Shown: positions 17,055 through 26,062 of the stretch, piece after piece
How the letters are laid out: the number at the start of each line of letters is the position of its first letter
How positions within the stretch are numbered: the first letter of the stretch is position 1
Assembly (NCBI GenBank): GCA_947482665.1
Contig: CANKJK010000005.1
Span: 66,674-130,673, forward strand
From: Acidobacteriota bacterium
Lineage (GTDB): Bacteria > Acidobacteriota > Vicinamibacteria > Vicinamibacterales > UBA2999
Length of the DNA stretch: 64,000 nt
Reading direction: 5' to 3'
Program-made: the position numbers and the translations under genes
Notes under the pieces: model-generated
Told to the model about the DNA's origin: nothing
What the model saw: only the letters and a program-made list of their open reading frames with translations
Databases searched by the model: none

Positions 17055-18251
17055 TCAGGGTGTCCTGCGGCGTCCGCGCAAGCCGAGCCGGTGCGTGAGC
17101 ACAAGCAGATCGTACATCGCCCGCTTCACACCACGTCGGACCAGCGCCATCCTGTGGTGCAGCACCTGCCCGGCCTCATAGCTCCAGGCCCTGGCATTCC
17201 GGCGTGCAACGGCGGCCTGATAGACCGCCGCCCGCACGAGGTGCAGCAGGTACTTCTCCGTGACGCGGGCGATGTGCTTGGGCCGCAGACGCATCCGCAT
17301 GCGGTACCAGAACCAACGGCCTTCGTAGCGCAGATCCTTCCACGCCTGGACGAGGGCCTCCCACTGTTGGTCGATGCGGTGGAGCAGGTAGCCCTGCTTC
17401 GTGTAGTGCCGAAACAAGTACATCGCCTGATACCGCAGCACCAGCACCGCCATGGCGAGGCGACCCAGGCCGGCAGGCCGCGGCCCCGTCACATACTCCC
17501 GGAACAGGACGCGCGAGTGCTGGAGCCAGATGGGCTGATCGAGCCCGCCCGGCGAGGCACCGGCAAAGAGCGACGTTCGCTGCTTCTCCACGCTCGCCTG
17601 TGCGGGCTGGCGCCTGAACCAGAGCACGTCCGAGACCTGGGCGAATCGACCGGCGAGGGCCAGCTCCACCATCAACAGGCGGTCCGGTTGAATCACCGTC
17701 CTGAAGACGCCAGCCCGCGTCAGGGCCTCGATGCGCATCAAACCGTAGACCATGTCTCCCGCGCCAACCGGCTCTGAGGCAAAAGCCATGACCCGGCGTG
17801 CAGGGTTGTCGAGGGTCGTCGTATCAAACGCCTTTGGCGGCTTGTCCAGTGGCTGACGAGCATCATCCACCCGCTGCGTGAGGGCATAGGCGAGGACGGT
17901 GCCGGGTTGTGCCTCGAGCGCGGCGCGCACGCGCCGCAACCAGTCTGGATGCCACCAGTCGTGGTCGCTGGCCCACGCAAAGTACTGCGCCGAGGGAAAC
18001 GTCGACACCGCCAGCTCGAACGCATCACGCCAGGTGGGCACCATCCCCTGCCGTACGGGATGCCGGAGGTAGCGGACACGCGGGTCTCCGAGATACCGAT
18101 GCACCACCGCTCCGGTGTCATCCACGGACGCATCGTCAACCAGGACCACACCGAAGTCCTGGTCTGTCTGCGCCAGAAGGGAATCGAGGGCTTCGGGCAG
18201 GTGACGCGCGTTGTTGTAGAGCGTCACGCCGAAGACCACGGACGGTGTCAT
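17055..18251 (-). CDS. Family-2 glycosyltransferase with unrecognised C-terminal half
   Basis: 398 aa. The N-terminal part, VVFGVTLYNNARHLPEALDSLLAQTDQDFGVVLVDDASVDDT, is a GT2 signature. Confidence 0.8.
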   Translation of the reverse strand: MTPSVVFGVTLYNNARHLPEALDSLLAQTDQDFGVVLVDDASVDDTGAVVHRYLGDPRVRYLRHPVRQGMVPTWRDAFELAVSTFPSAQYFAWASDHDWWHPDWLRRVRAALEAQPGTVLAYALTQRVDDARQPLDKPPKAFDTTTLDNPARRVMAFASEPVGAGDMVYGLMRIEALTRAGVFRTVIQPDRLLMVELALAGRFAQVSDVLWFRRQPAQASVEKQRTSLFAGASPGGLDQPIWLQHSRVLFREYVTGPRPAGLGRLAMAVLVLRYQAMYLFRHYTKQGYLLHRIDQQWEALVQAWKDLRYEGRWFWYRMRMRLRPKHIARVTEKYLLHLVRAAVYQAAVARRNARAWSYEAGQVLHHRMALVRRGVKRAMYDLLVLTHRLGLRGRRRTP

Positions 18252-18919
18252 GCGCCCTGCAGTTTCTCCACCACAATGACGCGGCCCTTGCCGCCCCAGT
18301 CCATCCTGGCTTCGAGATCCGGCCGCGACTTGCAGCCCTCCAGTATGAACATCAGCCGCAGCAGGTCCTTATTGAGGAGCGTGATGTGCGTCGGGTCGAG
18401 GTCGTCCTTCTGGTTGAAGTCCAGGAGGTCGGCGGGACTCGGATGGTAACGCGTCGTGACATAGATCAGCCGTGATGTCATGCGCACCATATTCGCGACG
18501 GCCTTCTTGACCTCGAACACCGTGAGGTGCTCGATCACCTCGCGGCAGATCACGAGGTCCACGCAGTTGGCCGGCTTGAGCGTGTCGTCGGTCACTGACC
18601 CGATGGCGATGCGATCGCGCACCTCCGGAGTCGCGAGCCGCCGGCTGCTCTCCGCGAAGTCAATGCCCTCGACGTCGACGCCCAGCTCCCAGAGCAGGTG
18701 CATCAAGGCGCCAGGACCGCACCCGAGGTCCAGCGCGCGCACGGGCTGAAACACCTCCTTGATGAGCGCGGGGTTGCGGCCCTCGATGCCTCGCCTGACC
18801 TCGAGGCTGTAGTTGTTGCCGGCATCGCGCCATTCGCCTGTGAAGTATTCGGCGTCGTAGTGCGTGGAGGCGGTGGGCTTCTGCTCCAGAATGCGGCGTT
18901 CAAACTCGGTGATGGTCAT
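18248..18919 (-). CDS. Class I SAM-dependent methyltransferase
   Basis: 223 aa with the SAM motif I VRALDLGCGPGALMHLL. ATGA overlap with the downstream GT2 start. Confidence 0.8.
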   Translation of the reverse strand: MTITEFERRILEQKPTASTHYDAEYFTGEWRDAGNNYSLEVRRGIEGRNPALIKEVFQPVRALDLGCGPGALMHLLWELGVDVEGIDFAESSRRLATPEVRDRIAIGSVTDDTLKPANCVDLVICREVIEHLTVFEVKKAVANMVRMTSRLIYVTTRYHPSPADLLDFNQKDDLDPTHITLLNKDLLRLMFILEGCKSRPDLEARMDWGGKGRVIVVEKLQGA

Positions 18920-18949
18920 GAAGGTCCTGACGGGAAATGAGGTGTCGTC

Positions 18950-19411
18950 TTACGGGCGAGGGGCCGCGGATGCCTCCGCGGACTGCCGGAAGCGCTCAAG
19001 GAGCCGGCTCGAGGAATCCAGCACCGTGTCCAGATACACGATGCCGATACCGTGCTCCGCGCAGATACGAACCTGCTCCGGCGGCAGGCGACCATCCCAG
19101 TCCTTGCCCTTGACGTAGTACTTCGGACGCAGGTGCCGGAGGATGGTTTCCGTATCGTGGGCGTTGATATGCGTGTAGGTGATGTAGCGAATCGCGTCGA
19201 TGACGATGGCCCGCTGGTCCTCCGGGAGGAGCGGCGTGTGCTTCGTGCGCACATAGCGATCCGATGCGACATTGCAGAGCAGCGGCACGTCGACCGCCGC
19301 AGCAGCGGCCCGGAAGTACTCGATGTGGCCCTTGTGGAGCGGATCGAATGCACCGTCCACCATCGCGACGGCGCCGTGATAGCGCGTCAGGTCGTCGAAC
19401 GCGAGGATCAC
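18950..19411 (-). CDS. HxGH-type nucleotidyltransferase (TagD glycerol-3-P cytidylyltransferase / RfaE domain II superfamily)
   Basis: Track ORF 18950..19498 trimmed to GTG 19411 (GTGA overlap). VDGAFDPLHKGHIEYF carries the HxGH motif. IDAIRYITY and YVKGKDWDG match the TagD layout as I remember it. Confidence 0.75.
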   Translation of the reverse strand: MILAFDDLTRYHGAVAMVDGAFDPLHKGHIEYFRAAAAAVDVPLLCNVASDRYVRTKHTPLLPEDQRAIVIDAIRYITYTHINAHDTETILRHLRPKYYVKGKDWDGRLPPEQVRICAEHGIGIVYLDTVLDSSSRLLERFRQSAEASAAPRP

Positions 19412-20544
19412 GACTGGACCAGCAGCCCTTTCGCCTTGAGCTCGTCCATCGCCTTGTCGAAGAAGTCGACGGCCACATCCGGCGTGGTCTTGGCCCACTC
19501 GATGAGTTCGGCGAAGCCCTGCTCCAGGGAGACCTTCGGCTCGAATCCCAGTGTGTCCCGAGCGCGGGTGATATCCGCCGTGTTGTGGCGGATATCGAAC
19601 GTCCTCCCCGCGTTGGTGACCTCGGGCTCGACGCGGCTCCCGAGCAGCCGCTGCAGCATTGTCGCAATCTCAAGGATGGTGACCGTGGTGCCGGAGCCGA
19701 CATTCACCGGGAGATAGTCGGCGCCGGGCTTTTCGAGCATCAGCGTCAGGCACGCCACGACATCGTGGATGGAGACGAAGTCGCGGAGCTGCCCACCATC
19801 CTCGAACACGATCGGCGCCTTCCCGTTCATCAGGCGGCTGATCCAGATCGCGGCCACACCGGCGTACGGGTTGCTCAGGCTCTGGCGGGGGCCGTAGACA
19901 TTGAAGAATCGGGGCGCGACCGCGGGAATCCCGTACGTCTTGCCGATGAGCAGCACCATCTCTTCCTGGTGATACTTCGTCATCGAATAGATGTTGTCGC
20001 GGTAGAGCGCCTTGTTCTCCGGCGTGGGAATAGAGACCACCGACGCGCCGCAGGAGGGGCAGCGCTGCTCCCAGTCCTTCGCGGCCATCTGCGCCTCGCT
20101 CCGGATTCCCGGCGCCACCGGTCCGCAGGCCGCACACTGATAGGCGCCTTCCCCATAGACACCGATCGAGGAAGCGACGATCACCTTTTCGACCTTGTGC
20201 TTCGCATTGACGAGGATGTCGAGCAGGACCGCCGTGCCGCGGGTGTTCACGTCCACGTAGCGGTCGATCTGATACATGGACTGGCCGATGGAGACAGCGG
20301 CCCCGAAGTGCACGACGGCTTCGGATGCGAGCACGAGAGGCTCGAAGACCGACCGGTCGCGGACATCTCCCTTCACATAGCGCACCTTGGGATTCGCGTA
20401 CGACGGCCAGGTTCCCGAGCGGTGCACCTGCGGCTCAAGGCTGTCAAGCACCACGACGTCATACCCGCGCGCCACCAGCGCGTCCACCAGATGGGACCCG
20501 ATATACCCGGCGCCGCCGGTCACCAGCACGTTCCGTATCGCCAT
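19408..20544 (-). CDS. NAD-dependent epimerase/dehydratase with a Cys4 zinc-ribbon-like insertion
   Basis: 378 aa with VLVTGGAGYIGSHLV, the SSIGVYG...YSMTKYHQE (YxxxK) catalytic pair, and an insertion YQCAACGPVAPGIRSEAQMAAKDWEQRCPSCG between them. Confidence 0.85.
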   Translation of the reverse strand: MAIRNVLVTGGAGYIGSHLVDALVARGYDVVVLDSLEPQVHRSGTWPSYANPKVRYVKGDVRDRSVFEPLVLASEAVVHFGAAVSIGQSMYQIDRYVDVNTRGTAVLLDILVNAKHKVEKVIVASSIGVYGEGAYQCAACGPVAPGIRSEAQMAAKDWEQRCPSCGASVVSIPTPENKALYRDNIYSMTKYHQEEMVLLIGKTYGIPAVAPRFFNVYGPRQSLSNPYAGVAAIWISRLMNGKAPIVFEDGGQLRDFVSIHDVVACLTLMLEKPGADYLPVNVGSGTTVTILEIATMLQRLLGSRVEPEVTNAGRTFDIRHNTADITRARDTLGFEPKVSLEQGFAELIEWAKTTPDVAVDFFDKAMDELKAKGLLVQS

Positions 20545-20553
20545 TCCGCTCCT

Positions 20554-21258
20554 CTACCCCTTTGCTCCGCCTGACGCCATGCGGCGCTCGGCGTCGGCCC
20601 AGTCCTCGGGGCCATCGATCGTGAGCGACTCCAGCGCCGACACCACCATCGGCCGACAGTCCCGCCCATAAATACTCTGCTGTTCCAGTAACGTTCTGCG
20701 CCAGAACGTATACACGGTCCCATCCCTGACGCAGGCGACGCGTGCGTCCTGCCGTCGCGTGATGCGCGCGCCTTCTGGCAGGAACGGCACCAGCCGTCCG
20801 GACTCGTCCACTCGCATTACGTAGTCGGGCGACAGGTGCCGGGGCAGTTCCAGAACCCCGACCACCGAGTCCGCGCCGGTCTCCTGCAGCAGTTCGACCG
20901 ACCGGCGGATGTGCGCCGGCGTCCTGAGGGGCGAGGTTGGCTGGAGCAGGACGATGATGTCCGGCTCCCAGCCCTGCTCGTCCAGATACCTCACCGCGTG
21001 CGCAATGACCGGGAGCATGGGCGTGTCGTCGGCCGCGAGCGTCGGGGGCCGTAGAAACGGCACCTCGAGACCCCACGCCCGGCCAACCGCGGCAATCTCC
21101 TCGCTGTCGGTGGAGAGCACGGTCCGGTCGATGACACCCGAACCGGCCGCGGCCTCCACGGCGTAGGCGAGCAGCGGCTTGCCGTGAAGCGGCAACGTGT
21201 TCTTCCCAGGCAGCCCCTTCGAGCCGCCGCGCGCCGGGACCAGCCCGAGCACGTTCAT
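20554..21258 (-). CDS. neuA: CMP-N-acylneuraminate (nonulosonate) cytidylyltransferase
   Basis: 234 aa. The MNVLGLVPARGGSKGLPGKN signature, in a neuC/neuB neighbourhood. Confidence 0.85.
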   Translation of the reverse strand: MNVLGLVPARGGSKGLPGKNTLPLHGKPLLAYAVEAAAGSGVIDRTVLSTDSEEIAAVGRAWGLEVPFLRPPTLAADDTPMLPVIAHAVRYLDEQGWEPDIIVLLQPTSPLRTPAHIRRSVELLQETGADSVVGVLELPRHLSPDYVMRVDESGRLVPFLPEGARITRRQDARVACVRDGTVYTFWRRTLLEQQSIYGRDCRPMVVSALESLTIDGPEDWADAERRMASGGAKG

Positions 21259-22185
21259 CTACACGCTCCGTCGCACATTCTGCACGTAGCGGATCTCGTT
21301 CAACAGCGCCCGCACGCCATCTCGTGACGGCAGCAGATCGCTGCGCGTCTGCACCGGACGGCAGACGTAGCTGATGTGCAGATGGTCCGCCGCGTAGTCA
21401 GCCCGGAGCGGCTCGAAGCCGGCGCGGCGCAGATACGCAATCATCGTGTCCTCGGTGAGGTAGTAGGGATGATCGATCTTGACCGCCTCCTCCACCGACC
21501 CATTTCGCAGATAGGCGGCGCGGAAATCGACGATGTCAACAAACAGCAGGCCGAGCGGATAGATGAGTGCACGGATTACGTTGAGCGTCCGCTCGATATC
21601 GAGCAGGTGATCGACGGTCTGGAAGAGGCCCACCACGTCGAACCGCCGCCCGTCCGGCTCATACTCCTCGACCAGGGCGGTGATCGTCTCGAGGCCGAGC
21701 GCCTTCGCCTCGTCCACCTCGAGCGGCGCGGGGTCGATCACCGTGGCGTTCAGACCAAAGGTCTGCGACAGGTGGTGGGCGACGACCCCGGTGGAGCCGC
21801 CGATGTCGAGCAGGCTCGTGAAGCCGGCGCCCTCGACGTACGGCGCCAGGAACTCGGCTCGCTCCCGCGCGTAGTCCAACTGCTCGCCCTGGATCGACTT
21901 CGCATCGATGAGCCGCCCGTGGTACGCGCTCACGAGGGGCCGGTATGAGCCGTTATAGAACTGTCCGTAGGCTTCGGGTGTCATCACCGGATTCAAAAAG
22001 ACGAGCCCGCAATCGGCGCACGCGCACGCTGGCGCGGGATACCCGTAGCGGTCGCGGTGGGTAATGACGACGAAGCGATCGCCGCCACAGAGGTTGCACG
22101 CCCGCACGGGCGCCTTGGGCTGTGCGGCGAAGTCAAAGGGTAGAGCGGCGATGCGGGCCGCACGCTCTGGATTCACGCTGGTCAC
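21259..22185 (-). CDS. SAM-dependent methyltransferase with N-terminal Cys4 zinc ribbon
   Basis: 308 aa with CNLCGGDRF...CADCG, then motif I LLDIGGSTGVVAHHL. The stop abuts the neuA start. Confidence 0.8.
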   Translation of the reverse strand: MTSVNPERAARIAALPFDFAAQPKAPVRACNLCGGDRFVVITHRDRYGYPAPACACADCGLVFLNPVMTPEAYGQFYNGSYRPLVSAYHGRLIDAKSIQGEQLDYARERAEFLAPYVEGAGFTSLLDIGGSTGVVAHHLSQTFGLNATVIDPAPLEVDEAKALGLETITALVEEYEPDGRRFDVVGLFQTVDHLLDIERTLNVIRALIYPLGLLFVDIVDFRAAYLRNGSVEEAVKIDHPYYLTEDTMIAYLRRAGFEPLRADYAADHLHISYVCRPVQTRSDLLPSRDGVRALLNEIRYVQNVRRSV

Positions 22186-22212
22186 GAATGACTCCTCGGG
22201 AAGTGTTCCGTG

Positions 22213-23367
22213 CTAGTAGGTCAGGCGCTTCTCGACGGTGAGTGCTGCCGTCGCGAGGCAATCCGCGATCCGGTGGCCGGCTTGGCCGTCGCCATAGAGA
22301 TGATCGGGGGCGGGGCGTCCGCGCCGTTGGTGCTCGCGGATCGCGGCGGCAATGGCCGTGCGATCGTGGTCGACGTCAATCACGTTGATGCCGCGCTCCC
22401 GGCCCTGCTGGCGCGACCCGACATTGACGGCGGGCACGCCGAGGAACGAACACTCACGGATGGCCACGCTGGAATTACCGACGATGGCGGTCGCACCACA
22501 GAGGAGACGGAGGAAGTCCTCCGGAAACATATTGCGGAAGAAGTGGAAGTGCTCCGGCTTCTCTTTCTCGCGGAACACTCGGATGCCCTTCGAGGTGCCG
22601 TCGCTACCGGCATCCACATTGGGCCAGAACCACAGCACGGGGAGCCCCGCGTCCTTGACGGCATAGAGCGTTTCGTCGACCTGATGGCGCGCCCCGTCGT
22701 ACTCGGTCGTCACCGGGTGCTGCATGACCACCAGATAGCCCTTCGACAGGTCCCCTCGGGCGCCAACGCCGCCGTATTTCTGGAACGGATCGAAGTCCAT
22801 GGCCGGGCTGGCTGCCACCTCCGCCGCGATGTCGATCGAGGGGCAGCCGGTCAGCAGCACATGCGCCGGCTCCTCGCCCAGGCGGATCACCCGCTCGCGC
22901 GCCTGCGCCGTGGAGACCAGGTGCAGGTTGGCGAGCTTGGTCACCGCGTGGCGGACCTTCTCGTCGATCGACCCGGTCACTTCCCCGCCCTGGACGTGCA
23001 CGACAGGGATATTCATGTACGAGGCCGCGACCGCCGTGGCGAGTGTCTCGTAGCGGTCGGCGATGGTGACCACTGCGTCAGGCCGGAGGTTGTCGAACAC
23101 CGTCGCCAGCTCGACCAGGCCCATGCCCGTCGTCTTGGCGGATGTGACGAGGTTCTCGCCCTCCACCACCATGTAGACGCGAGCGGCGGGGACGAACCCG
23201 TCACGCTCGATGGCCCCGATGGCGTTGCCGTAGCGCTCCAGCAGCGCCGAGGCCGCCACCACGAGCTGCAGTTCCAGGTCCGGGTGTTGCTGTATCGCCG
23301 TCAGAGCCGTGCGGATGCGCGAATAGCTCGGGCGCGCCGTCACAACCACGCAGATTTTTCGCTTCAT
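22213..23367 (-). CDS. neuC: UDP-N-acetylglucosamine 2-epimerase (hydrolysing), NeuC type
   Basis: 384 aa with MKRKICVVVTARPSYSRIRT and VVHVQGGEVTGSIDEKVRHAVTKLANLH. ATGA overlap with the neuB stop. Confidence 0.85.
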   Translation of the reverse strand: MKRKICVVVTARPSYSRIRTALTAIQQHPDLELQLVVAASALLERYGNAIGAIERDGFVPAARVYMVVEGENLVTSAKTTGMGLVELATVFDNLRPDAVVTIADRYETLATAVAASYMNIPVVHVQGGEVTGSIDEKVRHAVTKLANLHLVSTAQARERVIRLGEEPAHVLLTGCPSIDIAAEVAASPAMDFDPFQKYGGVGARGDLSKGYLVVMQHPVTTEYDGARHQVDETLYAVKDAGLPVLWFWPNVDAGSDGTSKGIRVFREKEKPEHFHFFRNMFPEDFLRLLCGATAIVGNSSVAIRECSFLGVPAVNVGSRQQGRERGINVIDVDHDRTAIAAAIREHQRRGRPAPDHLYGDGQAGHRIADCLATAALTVEKRLTY

Positions 23368-24395
23368 GCCAGATGGTCTTCCGTCAGGAGTTCGTCCAGA
23401 TCGAGCGCCCGCAGCAGCCGGCGTCCCACGACGTCAGCCAGCCGCGATTCGGGGAGGCCCGTGCCGGGCTTCTTCAGCACCAAATCCCCGTCAGCCAGTG
23501 TATGCCCCTCCGGGAGCGCTCGGACGGCCACGAGGCTGCGCGTGAAGATGGCGCGCAGTGGCTCGGTCGTCACGGCCGCCTCGTCCTTATCGAGCGGCGA
23601 AGCCTGCATCCGCTCGATGAACCGGATGCCCTCCACCAACTGCCGCAGTTCTGCCGTGGTCACCGACGCCGGCACATCCGGGCCAAACATCTCGCGGCTG
23701 AGGGTGACGTGGAGCTCCAGAATGTCGATGCCCATCGTGACCGCGGCGAGCCCTGGATAGATCGTGGCGGAGTGGTCGGAGAGGCCGACCCACCCGTCGT
23801 ACCGCTGCCGGAACAGGGGAATCATGTTGAGCCCGACCAGTTCGGGCGGACAGGGATAGGCCGTCGTGCACTGGAGGACGCCGGCCTGACTGCCGGCGAC
23901 CTGGATACGGGCCATGGCCGCATCCGTCTCCGCCAGCGGGCTCATGCCGCTCGAGATCACGACGGGACGCCCCGTGGCGATCATCCGGTCCAGGAGCGCC
24001 CGATGACCGATTTCCCCTGAGGCGACCTTCCAGAAGCGCTGGCCAATCCGGTCGAGCACCTCGACGGCCTGATTGGAAAATGGCGAGCAGATAAAGGCGA
24101 CACCGCGCTCGGTGCAGTGCTCCGCGAGGCCCTGCCACTGCTCCGGCGTGAATGCCATCCTGCGCCAGTAGTCATAGCGCGTCTGGTCCTGCCGGCTGAA
24201 CTTCACGCGGAAGGGCTCGGAGGGGGTGCTCTCCGCTTCCGCGATGTGCATCTGGAACTTCACGGCGTCGGCGCCGGCCGCGGCGATTGCGTCGACGAAG
24301 GCGTGGGCCTGACCGAGGCTGCCGTCGTGCGTGAGCGCAACTTCACCCATCACGTAGCAGCGTCCGGTTCCAATTTCGGGCTCTGTCTGACTCAT
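23364..24395 (-). CDS. neuB: N-acylneuraminate (nonulosonate) synthase
   Basis: Track ORF 23364..24488 trimmed to ATG 24395 (ATGA overlap with the FamA A1 stop). Motifs CYVMGEVALTHDGSLGQAHAFVDAIAAAGADAVKFQ, VLQCTTAYPCPPE and LSDHS, plus a C-terminal SAF-like domain. Confidence 0.88.
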   Translation of the reverse strand: MSQTEPEIGTGRCYVMGEVALTHDGSLGQAHAFVDAIAAAGADAVKFQMHIAEAESTPSEPFRVKFSRQDQTRYDYWRRMAFTPEQWQGLAEHCTERGVAFICSPFSNQAVEVLDRIGQRFWKVASGEIGHRALLDRMIATGRPVVISSGMSPLAETDAAMARIQVAGSQAGVLQCTTAYPCPPELVGLNMIPLFRQRYDGWVGLSDHSATIYPGLAAVTMGIDILELHVTLSREMFGPDVPASVTTAELRQLVEGIRFIERMQASPLDKDEAAVTTEPLRAIFTRSLVAVRALPEGHTLADGDLVLKKPGTGLPESRLADVVGRRLLRALDLDELLTEDHLA

Positions 24396-26062
24396 GGCAG
24401 GCTCGGTCCTCTCGACGATAATCCCGGCGCCACGCGGAGCACCGCGGTCTTCGCGGCGGCGACGACTCTGGCCCATCGCCGTCGCCATAACGTGGTCCGC
24501 TGTTCCCGGTACTTCTCCGCGTACCGGCGGGCGCGGTCCGCCTGAACCGCCGCCTTGTCTACCGCCTCGCGCGCCTGACGGGGGTCACCCAACCAGCGCC
24601 GTCCCCACGCGGTGTCCATCATCAGGGCCAGCCCGACCGCCTGGAGACGGCCGCGTGCTGTCACCACCTCTGGCAGACCCGGCCGTGCGGCCGCGACGGC
24701 TTCAACCGCCTCCACGAAACGCGGCGTCGCCGGCGCCGTCAGCCCATGAGGCCGCACGAACGCCTCGACAAACGGCGTATTCCGCCGGCTCGTCGTCCCG
24801 GTGAGCCCCGCGAGCAGTTGCCACGCGTGCTCGTCGAGTGAGCGGCTCGTGTGGAGGAAACCCTCACCCACCCGCAGCAGGTATTGGAAGTGGAGTGTGC
24901 CCTCCTGGTTCTCCCGAAACTCGGGCAGCAGGACGGTGTACACGGGCCGGTCGACGATGGCCGACTCGATGAGCGCGCTGGTGTTCAGCCCCACGACGGC
25001 CGCCGCGTGATACATCGAGTCGAAGTAGTCGGCGCGGGTCCCGGGGTCGAGCGGCGCCGAGCCAAACACGTGGACGCCGGGGAACTCCGCGGCGAGATCG
25101 ATGCCGTCCCACTCGGCGAGGCGCTGCGGATGCGGGCGGACGACAATCGGCACCTCGCGCAACCGGGCATCGGCATGTTCCCGAAGCGAGCGGATCCACT
25201 GGCGAACGAAGCCCGGTTCGGGCGGACTGCCCTTGAAGAGCGACGAGCACACATAGAGCACGAACGCGCGGTCGTCGGGCAATCCCACCCGTCCGCAGAA
25301 GACGTCTCTGGCGAGCGCGGGCTGCCGGTCGAACCACTGGTCGAAGCACTGCGCACCAGTCACGACGACAGCCTCGGGCGCCAGACCGTGCAGCTCGACG
25401 GCTTCGCGCCGTTGGGTCTCGTTCCACACGAGCACGCGGTCGGGACGCACACGGATGAGCGCCTTGCTCGTCAGATGATCCCAACTCCACACGGCGAGTG
25501 CGGTGCGGATCCCGAGCGCCCGGGCCGCGCGGAGATAGTCCAGCTGCGGCGACCCGAGCTCAATCAGCGGTGTCAGCACCACCAGGTCGGGAGCCTGCGA
25601 CGCGATGAACTCCCGGACGCGCGGGGACGGTTCGATCGCGCGTTCCACTTCCGCAACCCTGGTCACGGCCTCCCCGACGCCCCAGCGGTCGCGGGCCCAC
25701 GCCGCCAGCGCCGGTGTGCGCTCCGCCGCGCGCTGCCGGATCTTCGAGGCGTCGGCGTAGCGAGCGTCCTCATAGCGAAGGAAGTCGAGGCTGAACCTGA
25801 GCCCTTCCGAGAGGCGCCTCCGCCGCGTGGCCGGCACCTGCGGAGTCAGGCCAAAGGTCACGCCTGGAGTCTCGGCGGCCAGGCGCTCCACGAACTCACG
25901 GTTGTCGTCGCGATCGACGGCCAGGTGCACGCGGTGCCCACGCGCGGCCAATAGCCGGATGGCACCGTCGAAATTGCGGAAGTACGTGTAGTGCCGCGCG
26001 AGAAAGAGAATCGTCATGGTCCCGGACGGGCATCCCGCCTCGCGGCGTTGCTCATCGCTCAT
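24392..26062 (-). CDS. FamA paralog A1: putative GT-B-fold transferase, family unassigned
   Basis: Track ORF 24392..26374 trimmed to ATG 26062 (ATGA overlap with the B1 stop). By homology an alternative start is ATG 26017 (MTILFLARHYTYFRNFDG). Family blocks: LDFLRY, TPLIELGSPQLDYLRAARALGIRTALAVWSWDHLTSK, VVTGAQCFDQWF, FVLYVCSS, IVVRPHP, DYFDSMYHAAAVVGLNTSALIESAIVDRPV, ENQEGTLHFQYLL and FVEAFVRPHGL. Confidence 0.7.
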   Translation of the reverse strand: MSDEQRREAGCPSGTMTILFLARHYTYFRNFDGAIRLLAARGHRVHLAVDRDDNREFVERLAAETPGVTFGLTPQVPATRRRRLSEGLRFSLDFLRYEDARYADASKIRQRAAERTPALAAWARDRWGVGEAVTRVAEVERAIEPSPRVREFIASQAPDLVVLTPLIELGSPQLDYLRAARALGIRTALAVWSWDHLTSKALIRVRPDRVLVWNETQRREAVELHGLAPEAVVVTGAQCFDQWFDRQPALARDVFCGRVGLPDDRAFVLYVCSSLFKGSPPEPGFVRQWIRSLREHADARLREVPIVVRPHPQRLAEWDGIDLAAEFPGVHVFGSAPLDPGTRADYFDSMYHAAAVVGLNTSALIESAIVDRPVYTVLLPEFRENQEGTLHFQYLLRVGEGFLHTSRSLDEHAWQLLAGLTGTTSRRNTPFVEAFVRPHGLTAPATPRFVEAVEAVAAARPGLPEVVTARGRLQAVGLALMMDTAWGRRWLGDPRQAREAVDKAAVQADRARRYAEKYREQRTTLWRRRWARVVAAAKTAVLRVAPGLSSRGPSLP

